A DNA stretch of 63,858 nt, counting the filler, from Collodictyon triciliatum (taxonomy: Eukaryota), in NCBI GenBank assembly GCA_043381765.1. It is 5 parts of 5 records of this genome, joined end to end, with 100 filler letters (N's around TTAATTAATTAA, not from the genome) between each part and the next. Parts side by side here need not be neighbours in the genome. Positions count along the whole stretch, not along the records: positions 14,752 to 29,396 come from JBHJMP010001790.1; 4 more parts are not named here. The stretch is one strand, 5' to 3'. Below are positions 14,752 to 26,686 of the stretch, one piece after another. Under the pieces are notes generated by a model. That model ran no database searches, was not told the DNA's origin, and was given only the letters and a program-made list of their open reading frames with translations. The position numbers were made by a program, and so were the translations under genes. The stretch's first letter is position 1; each line of letters starts with the position of its first letter.

Positions 14752-14850
14752 GTCCTTGTGTCCTTGTGTCCTTGTGTCCTTGTGTCCTTGTGTCCTTGTG
14801 TCCTTGTGTCCTTGTGTCCTTGTGTCCTTGTGTCCTTGTGTCCTTGTGTC
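14752..14850. repeat. (GTCCTTGT)n at contig start
   Basis: Direct reading; decays into TTTTATCC-like units. Confidence 0.95.
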
Positions 14851-14988
14851 TTTTTATTCTTTTGTCCTTGTGTCCATGTGTCCTTGGGCCTTTTGTCCTT
14901 TTATTCTTGTGTCCTTGTGTCCTTGTGTCCTTTTATTCTTTTATCCTTTTATCCTTTTATTCTTTTATCCTTGTGTCCTTTTGTCATT

Positions 14989-15036
14989 TTTTTATTCTTC
15001 CTTTCAATTTTGTGCAGGATGGTGGAGGTGTTGGAG
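14989..15036 (-). mobile_element. Short poly(A) retroposed insertion, family B
   Basis: T-run + ATTCTTCCTTTCAATTTTGTGCAGGATGGTGGAGGTGTTGG matches the copies at 33513 and 43251; flanked by TGTCATT on both sides. Confidence 0.7.
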
Positions 15037-15388
15037 TGTCATTGTGTCTTTTTATCCTGTTATCTTCTATCCTGTTACTTTCATTTCATTTTCATGTTTA
15101 TTTTCGTTTTTATCTCGTTTCTTTCATTTCCAGTTCCTCTATTATTTTTTTTTGTATTATTGGTTTCTATCTTCTTTTGCTTGTTTTCAAATATTTTTCC
15201 CATTGCATTTAATAACGCCCACTTTTTTTAACTTACTTAAAACATAGCCTCGAAATGCTGACCAATAATCATATAGTTCTTTATCTTAATGCAATCTTTC
15301 TCAGTACTGATATATTTTAAAATATCTAACTAAATTATTGCACCATCGCAAAAATTTTTTTATTTAGGACATTTTCTCTGGTTTTAAA

Positions 15389-18300
15389 ATGAAGCAAACA
15401 GCGACAGGAAGCTGTCTCATTCGTTTGACTGTCATAACATTAACAAGTACTTTCATATTTTTTTCAATAAACTAATTATTTTACCTTTCCTTACATAAAA
15501 TGATGGTGGTCGAGCTTAAAATGAGTAAATAATAACGCGATGCTCCTAACTTGTCTTCTTTCCCCCTAAAAAACGTTCATTTTAATTCTTCAGTTTACCT
15601 TGTGCTTCAATCACCGATACCTTCTTTGTGCCAAACATCCGCTTTGGTTCAAACATTAAGAGGGCATACAAGTGGTGTGAGATGCCTTTCGATATCAGTA
15701 GATGGTACTAAAATTGTTTCTGGAAGCAACGATAATACCATTATATATTGGGAGTTATCGAATGGGAGCGCTATTCGAACCCTTACTGGGCATACGAATA
15801 TCGTTTTAAGTGTCTCCATATCGCCCGATAATTCAAGAATTGTCTCGGGAGGAAACGACCGTGCAATCAGAGTTTGGGATACAACCAGCGGCACCTCCAT
15901 CCGAACATTGACGGGTCACACAAGCAGCGTTAATAGTGTCGCAATATCTCCAGATGGCTCAAAGTTTGTGTCAGGAAGTGGCGATAGAACGGTGAAGGTA
16001 TGGAATCTCTCGGAGGGCACTCTGATATTCAACATCGTAGGTCATCTTCAGAGTGTATTTGCGGTTGCTATATCCCCTGATGGTACAAAAATTGTCTCTG
16101 GTGGTCAAGAAGCAATCATTCGTATCTGGAATATGTCGACAGGAACAAGTATTTCATTCTTTTCCACATACTCTAGTTTTACTCGTTGCATCACTGTGTC
16201 ACCAGATAATACAAAAATAATTGCTGGAAATGAAGACAAGTCCGTTAGAATATGGAATATTGCAGATGGGACGCAGGTTCAAAAACTTGACGGACATACA
16301 GCCTCAGTCATGGGTATTTCTGTGACACTAGATGGATTAGAAATAGTGTCTGGCAGCACAGATAGTTCTGTCAGAGTGTGGAGTTTCACCGACGGGATTC
16401 TACTTCGACATTTAGTTGGCCATACCTCGACAGTTTTTGCCGTTAGCTCTGCTAGAGATAACGCGACAATCGCGTCTGGAAGTGGAGATTCCAACATAAA
16501 CATATGGAAGCCTTGTCCCGGAGGATTTTTTTACAATTCTTCAAGACTAGGATGTGATATCTGCATTCCAGGAAGCTACAACAATCCAAGCAATCAGAAT
16601 TCATGTCTTAGTTGCTCATCTGGGACAAGCAATCCATTATATGGATGTTTAACTGTTGACTGTTGTCTTAAATGCAAAGCGGGAACATACAATTCACTTA
16701 CTGGACAAGCATCATGTTCGAATTGCAAAGAAGGTACCTTTTCGAATCTAGAGGGTCAAACAAAATGTACTGATTGCTCAGAGGGGTATTATAGCTCAAG
16801 TGGCCAGGCGAAATGCTCACCCTGTCCAGCTGGGTTCTATAATCCCACGACGGGAAGCCCAAAGTGTCTAGAATGTGAACCAGGAACATTCCAAAGTGAA
16901 GAAGCCAAGACAACATGTATTGATTGTGACGCTGGGTACTTCAATGACAAAAAGGCCCAAAAATTTTGTATTCCATGCAATTCTGGAACATATACGAACA
17001 AAACAAAGACTGTTACTTGTGAACCTTGTCCAGTTGGGTCTTATAACCCATTTATAGGCTCTGATAATATCAACACATGCCTGAGCTGTGAAATCGGAAC
17101 CTTTTCGCGTAAAAATGGGAGTGCTTTATGTGAAAAGTGTAATCCTGGGACGTATAATTCTCTAATGGGTCAAACTGAATGCGTGTCATGTCGACCCGGG
17201 ACATTTAATCCATATTATGGGAAAGAGAGCAATGGTTCATGCTCTGCATGTCCCCAAGGAACGTATAGCAACCAACTTCAAGATAACTGCATATCATGTC
17301 TTCCTGGGACATTTAACAATGATACAGGATCTGCGGACATCAGTGCCTGCATTTCGTGCGATGATGGAAGTTACAGCTCTGAAAGAAATTCAATGTGCAC
17401 CTCGTGCTTGCCTGGGTACTATCAGCTGCAAAATGTCACTAAGGACTCCACATCTTGCCGCACATGCCCAACAGGGACTTTCAATCCGAGATTTGGCTCT
17501 TATGGTAATTCATCGTGCTTGAAATGCCCGGAAGGTACATACAACGATAAAGATGGACAATCTTCATGCTCTTCGTGTCCAGCCGGAACCTTTAACAACA
17601 GAACGGGTTCGGTGGCTGAATCATCTTGCACGACATGCGCTGATGGAAGTTACAGTTTTGAAAGAAGCGCATTATGCCACTTATGTCCACCAGGATTCTA
17701 TCAAAAGGAAGGAATTGTAAAAGATATAAGATCTTGCTTCAATTGTCCTATTCATCTATTTTCATCAAAATTTGATGTATTGGACATACCTTCCTGCATA
17801 AAATATGATTATGATATTATGTCAAATGGATCATCGTGCTATCAAGACTTTGAAAGATGTTACTCATCATTTAAAACATGCAAGTCATTGAATTCAACTT
17901 TCATAAATCCCACTATCGATTATATTACCCCGCTTCAAACGTCAAAATCAGAAATGATGGGTTATCGAATGCTATTAACAACTCATTTTGCTTTCATATC
18001 CGTCCCATTCTGTATTAACTCGCCAAATTTATGTGATGGTGGTTATATATTGGTTTATCGACACATAGAAAGTCAGTTGGTTTATTTCAGAAAAATCAGA
18101 AACCCTTTTTTAAATTGGGATGTAAGATTTGGCTATGGCATGGAAATGAATGGAAATACTTTGGCTGTTTCTGCCATAAGCTCAAAAAGACATAGGAACT
18201 CGACTGGAGCTGTTGTTTTGTACTTCTGGGATGATAAATTGCAAAACTTTTTAAAAAAATGCTCACTCAAGCCTGGTAGAAACAGACAAGATAAGAGTTT

Positions 18301-19138
18301 CTCAAAGTCTCTCAGTATTTCGGGAAATTATGTAGCGGTGGGGTCTCCAAACTACGAGCTTTCTCAAATCCTCAATTCAGGCATAGTTTACATTTTTCAA
18401 ACTGATGGTGTTAGTAGATGCAACACCCGATTCACAGTAATAAACTCATTCTTAAAATTAGAAAACGAATTTTTCGGGTCTGCTTTATCATTTAAAAGTG
18501 ATGACCTAATTGCTATCTCCAATAGACCAATGTACCAAAGCTATGAAACAGTCAATATTTTAAGCCGAGATAGAGACATATGGTCTCTTAGACACTCGAT
18601 AATGGATAAAAAAAGGGCTGGTTTTGGATGGAAAATTAAATTTATCGGGGACTATCTTTACATCGCAGCTGTGAGAGACAATACAGCCTTAACAAAGTCA
18701 GGCTCTATCAGTATATATGCCATAAATCCACAAGGGCATTTGAGCTTGAAATCTAATATAAAGCCTCATGTGAGTGTCGAGGGTGAACAGTTTGGCTTTA
18801 GTTTTCATTCTGATGGCACAAGATTGGTCGTGGGAACTGACCCGTGCGATGGAAATGTTGCGTGTATGCCGAGAAGTAATCTTCTTTAAAATTTATATTT
18901 CTATATGAATTTAATTCGAATTTGACTTTTGTTTTTTCTACTTTTAGGAAAAGTTTACATATTCGAGGGACTGGATAGCACGTGGCAGGAAAAAAAACAG
19001 TATACGAGTCAAACTTTGGATGGCTCCGATGGATTCGGATTTGATGTTGCAATCCAAAACAACACCATGGTAGTATCTGCTCCATTTGACTCTACCAAAG
19101 GAACTGCAAAAGGAGTTGTATATATTTTTCATACTTGA
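15389..19138 (+). CDS. Probable secreted protein: WD40 propeller + Cys-rich (TNFR/ephrin-receptor-like, GCC2/3) repeats + FG-GAP-like propeller
   Basis: Seven GH..WD-type repeats, many CxxCxxGTY/F repeats, then FG-GAP-like motifs (VAVGSP, GEQFGFS, DGFGFDVAI..VVSAP). A small first exon from ATG 15389 gives a hydrophobic leader. The last exon is 18948-19138. Confidence 0.82.
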
Positions 19139-19336
19139 AGCGATGAATCAATCCTTGTTTAGATTGAGCTTACAAATTCCCAAGCCCAAAAAAAATTTAA
19201 AAAATAATCACCAGTACTTTTTCCTTCGTTTTTACATAAAATCATGAATAATTGAAGCAACAGTCGAAAGAATGGTCGTTGTGCTAGTGTTTCATGTATA
19301 TGGCCTAAATAAAGTTGGATATATGTTCTTAGTTTC

Positions 19337-21164
19337 TCAACGAAATGGTTTTATTCTCACCAAATAATGATAATAATAACGGCCGAAGAAAAGTAACATG
19401 TCGCAGCCGATTCTTTTTGTTCCAACGCTGGCGCGGAAAACCCCCGAGTTGTTCGCAAGTCTAGGAGGACCCGTGCAAGGAAGCCGCCTGCAAGTCTGGC
19501 TGAGCGGAAAGTATTCTTGCAAAGTGTCGAGCAAGTCGTCTACAACAAGAACAAGGCCCGCAGGCTAACAGATGCGCTCGCCTCCTTCTTGAAAGCGAAT
19601 GAACTTTGCGAAGAGTCCATCCAATTGCGCTTACCGGACAGCGAAGGCCTTTGCCTGATTTCCTTCCGCACTGCAGAGAACGCCCGAAAGCTTCTGGAGC
19701 TGAAGCAGGTGAGTTTGATCGATATTACGATCAGCTTCAGCAGAAGTAAACCAACAGAGACCTCGGTGATGCTCTACCAACGACCGCTGGACGTGTGGCC
19801 GCAACTCCTTCGTGAGGAGCTGAAGCCGTTCAGACCGACCCACGTGGACATCAAAAAAAGACAAAGGCCTCTTCACAGACACGGCCGTGGTGAGGCGTCT
19901 TTGTCACAAGAACCAGCTCCCTGCAAAGTTTATGGTCATGGGTAAAAAGTGTCCAAAGCGCATCCTCAAAGAGCGTCCGCCAGCCTCGAACAACGAACGA
20001 CAAGTGAAAGCTCCGCAAAAGAATACACCTGCCAAGCAGACAAGCAGCAACGGGGTCAAGGAAGCCAAGGCCAGGCAACAACAGAGTACACAAGACTCAC
20101 AGAATATACGCGCATACAGCGACAGCGACGATGACATGGAAGGAAATCTCGGTTCCTCTTCAGAATCCTCGCACTCGAGCCCACCACCGCCAACACCGGA
20201 CAAACCAACACATCGCAAGACCCAAGAGCAGTGCATCTCCAAACCCCGAAAGAAATCTCCCCTTAAACTACCCATCCAGACTGACATGAATATGGTTAAC
20301 ATAGGAAGCCTCAAGGCAGTCTTCGTTTCATATCTGAAATGAAACCACAACACAAAGCCAACACAAAACCAGCGCCCACCAAAGATAGTCCACTTATCCT
20401 GTCCCAGCCCGTCGCACCGAGAACCAAGGAGCAAGGGCAAACAGCACAAGTCGAATCCAAGCTTGGAACTCCACACACCAAAGACAGTCCGAGCAAGCAG
20501 GAGCGTATGTTTCTAAAACCACAAACGCGTATCCATACTCTGANNNNNNNNNNNNNNNNNNNNNNNNNNNNNNNNNNNNNNNNNNNNNNNNNNNNNNNNN
20601 NNNNNNNNNNNNNNNNNNNNNNNNNNNNNNNNNNNNNNNNNNNNNNNNNNNNNNNNNNNNNNNNNNNNNNNNNNNNNNNNNNNNNNNNNNNNNNNNNNNN
20701 NNNNNNNNNNNNNNNNNNNNNNNNNNNNNNNNNNNNNNNNNNNNNNNNNNNNNNNNNNNNNNNNNNNNNNNNNNNNNNNNNNNNNNNNNNNNNNNNNNNN
20801 NNNNNNNNNNNNNNNNNNNNNNNNNNNNNNNNNNNNNNNNNNNNNNNNNNNNNNNNNNNNNNNNNNNNNNNNNNNNNNNNNNNNNNNNNNNNNNNNNNNN
20901 NNNNNNNNNNNNNNNNNNNNNNNNNNNNNNNNNNNNNNNNNNNNNNNNNNNNNNNNNNNNNNNNNNNNNNNNNNNNNNNNNNNNNNNNNNNNNNNNNNNN
21001 NNNNNNNNNNNNNNNNNNNNNNNNNNNNNNNNNNNNNNNTCCCTGTTTTTCTTTTTCTATCTCCCACACATCCCCACCTACTTTGGAACTACTTGCCTGA
21101 TGGTTGAATGAAAGATTGTTGAGACGGGCTCAACAGCTTAGACTTTTAGAATAAAAAAAAAAAA
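19337..21164 (+). mobile_element. Degenerate non-LTR retrotransposon (L1/Tx1-like ORF1), with internal N gap
   Basis: Frameshifted ORF1-like sequence (LCLISFRTAENARKLL..SVMLYQRPLDV..LREELKPF..GLFTDTAVVR..LPAKFMVMG) followed by a low-complexity tail. The 3' end has hairpin TGTTGAG-ACGGG-CTCAACA, AATAAA and poly(A). Flanks ATGTTCTTAGTTTC / ATGTTTTTTGTTTC match at 12/14. Confidence 0.65.
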
Positions 21165-21400
21165 TGTTTTTTGTTTCACTGCAAAATTGTTCGAGGTGCC
21201 TTTTTCCTTTAACAGATTGGCACTCGTTGGAACATTGTTACATATTTTGACTTAAATAACATTATGAACAAAAATTTTCAATCTGTCATAATTCTATCCG
21301 CTAATCAGGCTATAAAATTATGGTTAGGATATATTCCAGATATGATAATTTTCCACGACAAACCACAGCGATCGCGCCTGCACAACCAAGAACCAGCACA

Positions 21401-23975
21401 ATGAGCCGGCCACCTCCACTTCCACCTCCGCTTCCCCACACAAACGTGCATCTGTCGAACGTTCCTCCATACGCGCCGCAAAGTCCCGCTCAAAGAGAGT
21501 CGCGAGTGGCAGAAAGTGTCAACCCGCTCACCAACAAACAAGACGAGACCGTGAAGCCAAGTCCAAGGAGAAAGACCGGCACAAATGCAAGAATATGGGA
21601 TGCCAAAGTTGCCTTCTCACGCATATCTGAGAGCCTGCAGCTCTTGGAACAGGTAGCTCTATTCAAAAGACTCACTTTAACATATGTAAAGTGTTTGAAA
21701 AAGAAAGCCCCACGAAGACTGCGGCCAAAGCCCTAATCTCGATGTTGCTCTGGGCGGGTTTTTAGATGGACTCTGGAGATGCTACGGCGGTCACTCGTAT
21801 GGAAAGAGTCGATGAGGATTTGAAGTGGTTGGATTCGTGCGCAGAAAACATACCTCTCATGAAAGCAAGGGCATCGAAAACGAAAAGAAATCAGGTTACC
21901 TCGCACTACATTCTCTTCGGGTTTGTCTACTCGGTGCATTTTCTCTCCGTTGTAGTCTGGGGCCGTGGGGACTTATTTTGAACTCTCCCAAATGAACACA
22001 AAACATAACAAAACTAAAACTATCATGCCTGATCAGAGAAACCCTAACCCTATTTTAAATAATAAAACGAATATGCTACTTTTTTTCTGACACTTTTTCT
22101 TTCTATGCACACCAAATAACCATAAAAACTTCATAACAAAGAAATGGAAAGCTGCAAGAAAGGACAAGAGAAAACTGAAGCAAAAGAGTAAAATCGAAAA
22201 GTGAGTAATTCTATAATGCACCTTTGTTGCACATAGCTGAATCAGTTTTTGTAATTGAATAAAAAAGCAAAAAAAAAAAAAATACATCAAAATTAAATAA
22301 TTTATGGCCTTGCAGACGGCAAAAAATGCATCAAGATATGGACGAATGGAGAATGCACATGATAGCCATAGATATATCCAGAATTCGGGTGCCACATTTT
22401 ATTGTGTTTCGTTCATTTCTTTTATTCATTTTTTTGGAATTGTAACCGTACATGAAATTCTCAAAAAAAAAATTATATGAAAGAGGAAAAAGAAAAAAAG
22501 CAGTGCAATAACAAGATAATTAATGTCAACAAAAATGACAATAATTATTCAAGCTAAATGTGCATGATTGACTCACATGTTCTTTCTTTCATACTGTGAA
22601 TCCTCCTCAAAGGATGAGCAAAAACGTAAAGAGCTTGAAAAACAACGAGAAGCGGACAAAAAGCTTCTCATTTGTGCGAATGAAGTAGCAGCGGTGAGTG
22701 CACTTTTTTTTGCATAGCTAAACTACTGTGTGAAATAATGATTTCTTTTAAATAATTTTTGAAAACTTGGCAGATGATATCCAAATTAGAGGAACTCAGA
22801 GAACTTAGAAAAGAAAAGCTCAGGAAACAAGGTTTTCGGTGGCAAACTTTTAGCAAAACTCTTACATAACCATACCTTTTCAAGGGGTTCACTTTTTGAT
22901 TTATTACGGGGACTTATCCACTGACATCTAACTATCGCACCTCGTTTATCCAGGATTCTTTTTCCCGGAAGACGATGATAGATTCTTTAATCAGTTAAAA
23001 CCAATTTCCGCTTAATATATACATGATAACCTTATCTGACACTAATCATGATTTGTAAACAAATATTTGTCCAAACTACATATTATTTTTCACTTAATTT
23101 TTTTTTTACCTATCTAAGAATACTATTTAAATTGTAGAGTGAAGAAAAAGTTTGAAGAGTTTAAGGAAAACCAGCAGAAAGAAGCGCTACAGAACGAAAT
23201 CTTGGATGAGGTAGCATTCTTTTTTATTTCTGTTATCTCTTGATTTCATGCTTGCCGTGTTGCCGGAACGAAGCTTTTGAAGCTCAAATATGTGTACAAC
23301 TTGCATAGTGTTAAAAGACAATCACCCTAACCTCCCCCTCAAAAAAAATAATGGTAAAAATAAAGTAGGAAAAATGCTCTAATGTGACTCCCCACTTCTT
23401 TTTTCCCCCTTGTAATTATACCCCTTCAAACACCAGATATCGAATCAGGACAGCAGAGATGGCCGACCCGATTCAGATTTTTCACACATTCGAGAGAAGG
23501 CAATGCCAAAACAGAGAAAAATTGTCGAATTGAAAGACCTGGTTAGTGGCAGATGGACTGATTTTCGTCGATACTATACCCAAGGAAACCGCGACTTGCA
23601 ATCCTTGATTGAAATAAGGTGGGCAGCAACACGCAAGACAAAGGAGAAATGTTTCCACGAGTCTTGATTATGTCGCATGTTTTGTTACATTTATTTATTG
23701 AAATCCATCTTTATCTAATAAAAGAAAAAAGAAAAAGAGGTGTTTTCTGCCACAAAAGTCATGCTAGCCATACACAAAAAGGGACTGAAGGGCGGATGGG
23801 TGCCCATTGTCGGCCTTACTGATGCACATGTTTCTATAATCCATCCAGGAAGTTCTGGGATGCGTTTATAGTTCCACCAGGCCAAGGAGGCACCCGAATA
23901 CCCGACCATCTCCTCAATCCGCCGGCACCATCCCACGCAACCTGGGCAATGTGCCTGCTAAAGAGCGATTTGTGA
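21401..23975 (+). CDS. PDCD7: U11/U12 snRNP 59 kDa protein / programmed cell death 7
   Basis: Spliced exons give a Pro-rich N-terminus, KWKAARKDKRK, MHQDMDEWR, LEELRELRKEKLRKQGFFFPEDDDRFF and FRRYYTQGNRDLQSLIEIR-KFWDAFIVPPGQGGTRIPDHLLNPPAPSHATWAMCL, the characteristic PDCD7 C-terminus. Confidence 0.85.
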
Positions 23976-24299
23976 GGATGAGAATAAAAGGTGATTGTGT
24001 CTCCATCGCTCATCCACAAGAATGTAATCACTGCCGAATTCTCGTGGGAAAAAAAAAACGCCCTGTCGCGAGATGCACCGGGTTCTAGTGTCTCCAGATT
24101 TTGAGTTCAACTTGCAGCCATGAATAGATTCAGATAATTTCAACCGAGACGCCCACAACAGGGCTGAGAAAAAACAAGATGAATAAAATTAAAACACATA
24201 CAAACTCATACACATACACATACTCATCTTCAGAGTCTCCCAAGTGTGGGTAGCCATCTGATGAAGAAGGGTTTCTGCACTTCAGGCTCCTTTATTTGC

Positions 24300-25490
24300 T
24301 CATTCTTTGATCAGCGCAGCGTAGATGGAGCGAGGCGGCTCGAAATTGCGTCGCGCATGCAGCGTCTGGTGGTTATCGATGAGATAAACATCTCCGACTT
24401 GCCAGGGGAGATCGACGGCCAACTAGTATCAAAAGAAAAAAAAAAAGAGGAAAAAGCAGAGAAAGCATGAATGAATGTTGCAGAGAGCAACGGATTCACA
24501 CAAACACAAACACAAACACACACATACAGAAACGTAAACAAGAAAAGAAAGAAAGAAAAGAACCTCGTTCATGATGTCGAGGCAGTCGAGGACGGGCTGC
24601 TTGTCCATGGGGGAGTTGTCGCCAAAGACCACGGCCTTCTCGGGGATGTTCCTGCTGTCGATCCAGCCGGTGAATGCGGCGATGATGGAGTTGAACCAGG
24701 CCCACTTGCCGGTGACCGGGTGCTGCTTGAGGGCGGGGAGGACCTTGGAGATGGTCTTCATGGAGCCGTCGGGCAGCCACTCCCAGTCGTTGCCGAGGGA
24801 TCTGCAGCGGGCCTCGGCCTCGTCGCGGGTGGCGGCGGCAAAGGTGGCCTGCCAGCCGCGGCCGATGGGGGAGGTGTGGTCGTCGCCGTCGGGCAGGACG
24901 CGGATGTAGCGGACGCCGAGGGTCTGCAGCTTGTGCACAAAGGCGGGGTGCGCGCGGGCCATGCGCTCGTAGACGACGGTGGAGGGGCACAGCGGCGTCT
25001 CGCCTCCGCGCGTGGGCGGCACCTCGCAGAAGAACAGCAGGCGCTGCGGGTAGTTGGGCACCTGCGCCATCTCGTGGTGGAACGGGATCGGCACGTCCGG
25101 CGGGCTCTCGTTCGTGGTGAAGACGTGCCCGACCACCCGCGACCGCGGCGCCGCCCCGCCCACGTACGGCAGATGCTCGAACCCAAACGCCCCCACAAAC
25201 GCGTCAAAGTCGCCCGCGCTGCGCGGGAAGAACCCGCGGAAGACCACCGCCCCGTACTCCACCAGCCGCTCGCTCACCCACGCCCGCTGCCCCTCCAGCC
25301 ACCGCGTCCACGCCGCAAGCCCCGCCTCTGCCCCGCCCGGCCCCGAGGCTGCCCCGAGTCCGGCCAGAAGCCCCGCCTCGCTCGGCTGCAGCACCAGCGG
25401 GAACGCAAGCCCCGTCTCCCCGAGCGCCTTCTGCTGCGCAACGCCCACCGCACACACCAGCCCGTCCGCCGTCTCTGCTCCTGCGCTCAT
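24300..25490 (-). CDS. TauD/TfdA (clavaminate synthase-like) Fe/2OG dioxygenase, 2 exons
   Basis: YGAVVFRGF, IPFHHEMAQ (HxE), GGETPL and WFNSI; second exon LPWQVGDVYLIDNHQTLHARRNF supplies the third His and the Arg. Confidence 0.92.
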
Positions 25491-25816
25491 CCTGCCCGCC
25501 TGTCCTGCGATCGTGTCTTCGCCCCGCGGCCCCCAACACACGTGCGTTGCGATTCGGTTAGTTTGGTTGTGTGTATGTGTGTGTGAAAGCGTCAGTCAGG
25601 TCGCCCACCTGATTCATCTGTGCCGCTTGGATCCATTCCATGACATGTGTCCGGCGCGTCTCCGTTGCTGCCTTGTGCGCTCTCTTTATATCTGCGCATG
25701 CCGCGGCATCTCGTGCAAAAGGGTTAGGATGCGGTAGGAAAGGGCGCACGCAGACACACACCCGCCCACGCGGGGTGAAGAGCGCAAGCGGTGTCGGGCT
25801 TGTCACGGGCAAGGCG

Positions 25817-26320
25817 CTAGCTCGCTGGGTCTGTGCTTGTGGCAGGCGGCTTGCTGTCGGCTGACGCAAAGCCCTCGAAATGGTCCTCCTGCAGGCCGAG
25901 CTCCTTCATCAGCTCCTCCAGCCGCTCCTTCTTCCGGCGCTCGTTTTCCGTGATGATCAGGCCAAGATGCTCCGTCAGCCGCGTCTTTTCCAAAACCCGC
26001 TTCTGGTACAAGGTCTCGGCGGCTTCGTAGGCGGCTTTGCACCGTTCGCGTTCCCGTAGAGCATACGCCACAGTCCGATCGGCCTCGTCGATTCGATCTC
26101 GAAGCACATTCACGTCCAGAGTCAGGTGTCCCTCAAGCTTCTCCAGCTCCTTGCGGATCCGCTCCAGCCTCACAAACTCCTGCTGTGCTGTGCTGTATCG
26201 TGTGCTGAGCTGCTGCCGAACCAGCTGCTTTTTGCGCTGGATCTCGGGATCGTCTGCCTCGTGAGACCCCATTCCTGGCCCCTCGGTCTCGAATGCCGCG
26301 CTGAAAGCCTCCCACTGCAC
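25817..26320 (-). CDS. GORAB: RAB6-interacting golgin-like coiled-coil protein
   Basis: ELEKLEGHLTLDVNVLRDRIDEA...KTRLTEHLGLIITENERRKKERLEELMKEL matches the GORAB/SCYL1BP1 pattern. The start is uncertain. Confidence 0.75.
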   Translation of the reverse strand: MQWEAFSAAFETEGPGMGSHEADDPEIQRKKQLVRQQLSTRYSTAQQEFVRLERIRKELEKLEGHLTLDVNVLRDRIDEADRTVAYALRERERCKAAYEAAETLYQKRVLEKTRLTEHLGLIITENERRKKERLEELMKELGLQEDHFEGFASADSKPPATSTDPAS

Positions 26321-26686
26321 AGAGCAAGTTGAGTCTTTGGATTCGCGCTAGGAAGGCTGACGTGTCCTCAGCTTTCTAGTCTATTCCCCCCCCCGCCCCC
26401 GTTCTCTACGCTTTGAAACGCTCTACCTTTGGGTAAAGGAAGGCTTTTTTTTTTTGGACAATAATTATCATAATAAAAAAATAGCAGTAGAAAAACAAAG
26501 AGTTCGTTTCAGCCCAAACAGAGGGTGTTACCCTCACAACTTGAAGCCCATGGCCTTTTCTTTTCTCTCACTTTTTTTTTATTTCGTTTCATTTATTTTT
26601 TTTCAGTCCAGAAATAAAAGGCGAACAAAAAAAATGACAAAGAAAAAGAGGTTTGAAGGGCGAACGGCGACTTGCATGGTTTCCAC

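Noticed and set aside
24471-25737. Long plus-strand ORFs overlapping TauD
   Set aside because: Antisense shadows caused by high GC; the minus frame has the family motifs.
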